Shown in pieces: positions 57,601-60,000 of a stretch of 60,000 bases of DNA; position 1 is the stretch's first letter, and every line of letters starts with the position of its first letter. Location of the stretch: the NCBI GenBank assembly GCA_028534125.1, contig CM052816.1:7876001-7936000 (forward strand). The letters run 5' to 3'. Position numbers and translations under genes: made by a program. Below the pieces are notes generated by a model. The model was not told the origin of the DNA. It made no database searches and was given only the letters and a program-made list of their open reading frames with translations. This DNA is from Lama glama (taxonomy: Eukaryota).

Positions 57601-60000
57601 CTCTGTACCCTCAGCAGCCAGAGGGAGTCCAACGGCTCACGTTCCCACACCTGCCCTGTGAGTTCTGGCCTTCGCTGTGGGGTTTGCACACACCCACCTG
57701 GAACCCTTCTGTTTCCTCTCCTTTCTACATGCTCAACCCCCTCAGCCTTCCCACCTAACTTGAATGGCACCACCCCCTCCAGAAAGCCTCCCTGTTTTAT
57801 CTGCACCCTTAATAACCTCACCACGTTGCATATTATTCATTTCAGTAAGAGGTTCCCTCCAGGGCGTGCTCACCACATGCCAGGCCCTGGTTTCATTTAC
57901 AGCAGCCACAAGGCCAGCAGTCCCCTCACCTCCATGTTAGAGAAGAAATGGGCTCAGAGGGGTAAAGTGACTTGCTCAAGATGGCAAAGCTAATCAGAGC
58001 AGAATTGGGATTCAAGCCCAGGGTGGCCTAGCACCCAGCCCGAGGCCCATCACGTGGGCCATGCTGCCTCCTCCCAACATCTTGCCCTGCAGCAATAAGT
58101 GTCTGGGTCTTATATCCCCCCAGAGATTGCAAGCACCTTGGGGGCAGGAGCCTCAAAAGCGTCATTCCTGTGTCCTGCCTTATACCCTACACCTTCCCCG
58201 GGGCTTGCAGAACAATGATGAAGTCCATGAGGATGATAACAGCCAACATAAGAGGAGTGACAGATGCTGGCAAGATAAGGGTTTAGCATGTATTTTCTCA
58301 TCAAATCCTCACCAAAGCTCATCAAGGGAGGCCCCCTTACCTCTGTTTTACAGACGAAGAAAATGAGACCCAGAGAATTAGCAAACTCACCCCGGCTCTC
58401 ACACCCAGCAAGGGACAGGCAGAGCAAAGCTGGAGCTGGGAGTCTTACTGATCCCAAGCCTGGGCCCCTCCTTCTGAAGAGCTCAGCCCACAGAGCACAC
58501 TCACTTTCCCCACCCACTGCTTTGGCCCAGCCCAAATGCCACTTCCTCCAGGAAGCTCTCATTAGTCCATCCAGACTCCTAGATGACTGCTCCTCCCCTG
58601 CTCAACCTGGCCCAGGGGCCTTGGAACAAGAGAGGGGCTTGTAGGAAGCAATGGGTTGAGAAAGCTCAGGAACCAAGGCCCAAGGGGAAGGAGGCTGAGA
58701 CTGGTCCAACTCCTAGTAGCTTCTTGCTGGCAGGAGGTCGGGATCAGGCGGGGCAGGATGGGTGGGTTGGGGGGAACCTAAGACAAGGGCCCCCAGGTCG
58801 GCATGGGCCTTGGGTAGCAGCTATCCTTGCAGACCACTACTCACTGCTGGCTGACGAGGACCCTGCTGTGGGGTCCTCCTCTGCCAAGGGCCAGGAGCCA
58901 CCACCTCCCTCCTACCTACTATACTGGACTAAACATTAATCTACAATTAGATTTTTAGGGACTTGGAAATGGTGACCCAGAGAGAGGCAGGCTCCACCCC
59001 AGGTGCACAGCAAACTGGAAAGGGCTGGTTCACAGGGAGCCAAGCTCAGACCCAGCCTCCCACCTCCCAGTACATCCCTGGTAAGCCAGGCCTGCCCTCC
59101 CCTCAGGCCCCTAGCGCTCTCCTGCTGCATCAGTCTCCATCATCCCAGCCCTGAAGGCCTTGAAGGAACAGAAACGATGCCAAACCCTACCCTTCCAGAG
59201 AAAACACTTAATCCAGGAGACAAAAAGGTGGTGCACCAGGGCAGGAGAGAGAGAATTCTGCCCAATCTGTGCCTCTGCCAGGGGCAGGGCTGGGCCCAGT
59301 CTATCTCTGGGTCCTCAGCCCCCAGCCCAGGGCCTAGCACACTTTGGGCCCTCTACAATGATACAGCTCTTCCTTTTGGCCCTGTGGCAGCCTGGGGCTA
59401 GGGCTGGTCCCATCCTCTCTCAATGCCCTGGACTCAGCAGAGGCTATCACCTGGGACAGGTTCACTAAGCGTTGACTAAATAAATGACTGAAAGTTGAGC
59501 ACTCCCACAATCCAAATCCACCTTCACGTTTTACTCCACCATTCATCCCCCGAGATGAAATCCAGATTTCTCTAGATCCGAGACTCATCTAGATTCTAGA
59601 TCAGAGATCTAGAGGTTGATTCCTAGAGGAAAGACGGGAGAGGAAGGAGGGAGGGAGCAACAAGTGGGTGAAGTAGAAGATGAAATCTCAAATGGCAGCG
59701 TTAGATCTAAGAGGCAGAATATTCCACTGAGTGTCGGGAAAAATATAGAGTCTAAGAGCACTGAATCAGGATGAAACAATCTGGGAAGGCTTCCTGGAGG
59801 AGATGGCGTGTGCCCTAGGTCTTGAAAGATGGACATGTGTAAATCCCAAGCCACAGGATAGCCCAGCGGGGCCTGGAAGGTTCAAAGCTATCTTCACCCT
59901 CTTTCCTTACCCTCAACTCCACTCACAGCCCCATCAAGACAGCTGGAGAGAAAGACTGAGGAACACGCCCACTCTGTGGGTTTGCCCAGAGGCTGTAGGT

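Noticed and set aside
59570..59628. Cluster of TCTAGA/AGATCT short palindromes
   Set aside because: Short, irregularly spaced and not assignable to any motif; probably local slippage or chance.
1..60000. CRISPR arrays, tRNA/rRNA genes, operon-like or phage systems
   Set aside because: None seen. The window is spliced mammalian gene territory, and its tandem repeats lack a repeat-spacer structure.

Overview
Mammalian genomic DNA with two assembly gaps (321-820 and 22567-22666). It is the conserved DCTN4 - RBM22 - MYOZ3 - SYNPO neighbourhood. Contents: (1) the last coding exon and 3' UTR of DCTN4 (+). (2) The complete RBM22 gene (+): 11 coding exons, 1263 nt = 420 aa, with a CpG-island promoter and one GC-AG intron. 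(3) A nested block of old L1 and MLT1 elements. (4) The complete MYOZ3 coding sequence (-): 6 coding exons, 738 nt = 245 aa, ending in ESEEL. (5) Most of SYNPO (-): a candidate first exon and promoter near 57.2-57.6 kb, the 2.4-kb central exon with the short VWKPSFCFK ending, the long-isoform terminal exon and a poly(A) site. The rest is intron and intergenic DNA rich in L2, MIR, L1M, MLT1 and MER DNA-transposon relics. I saw no Alu, B1, CHR/Bov, CAN, PRE or ERE SINEs, which together with the style of the L1 3' ends suggests a SINE-poor laurasiatherian such as a camelid (inference). No prokaryotic features. The best leads are: tandem 5' splice sites in SYNPO exon 1 that open or close a CUG-led in-frame N-terminal extension; calsarcin-type motifs shared by the adjacent SYNPO and MYOZ3; a periodic CCAATCA array in the SYNPO last intron; an H/ACA-snoRNA-like fold, a GC-AG intron and a candidate poison exon in RBM22; and a young retro-insertion hidden in the second gap. 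All calls were made by eye without database searches.
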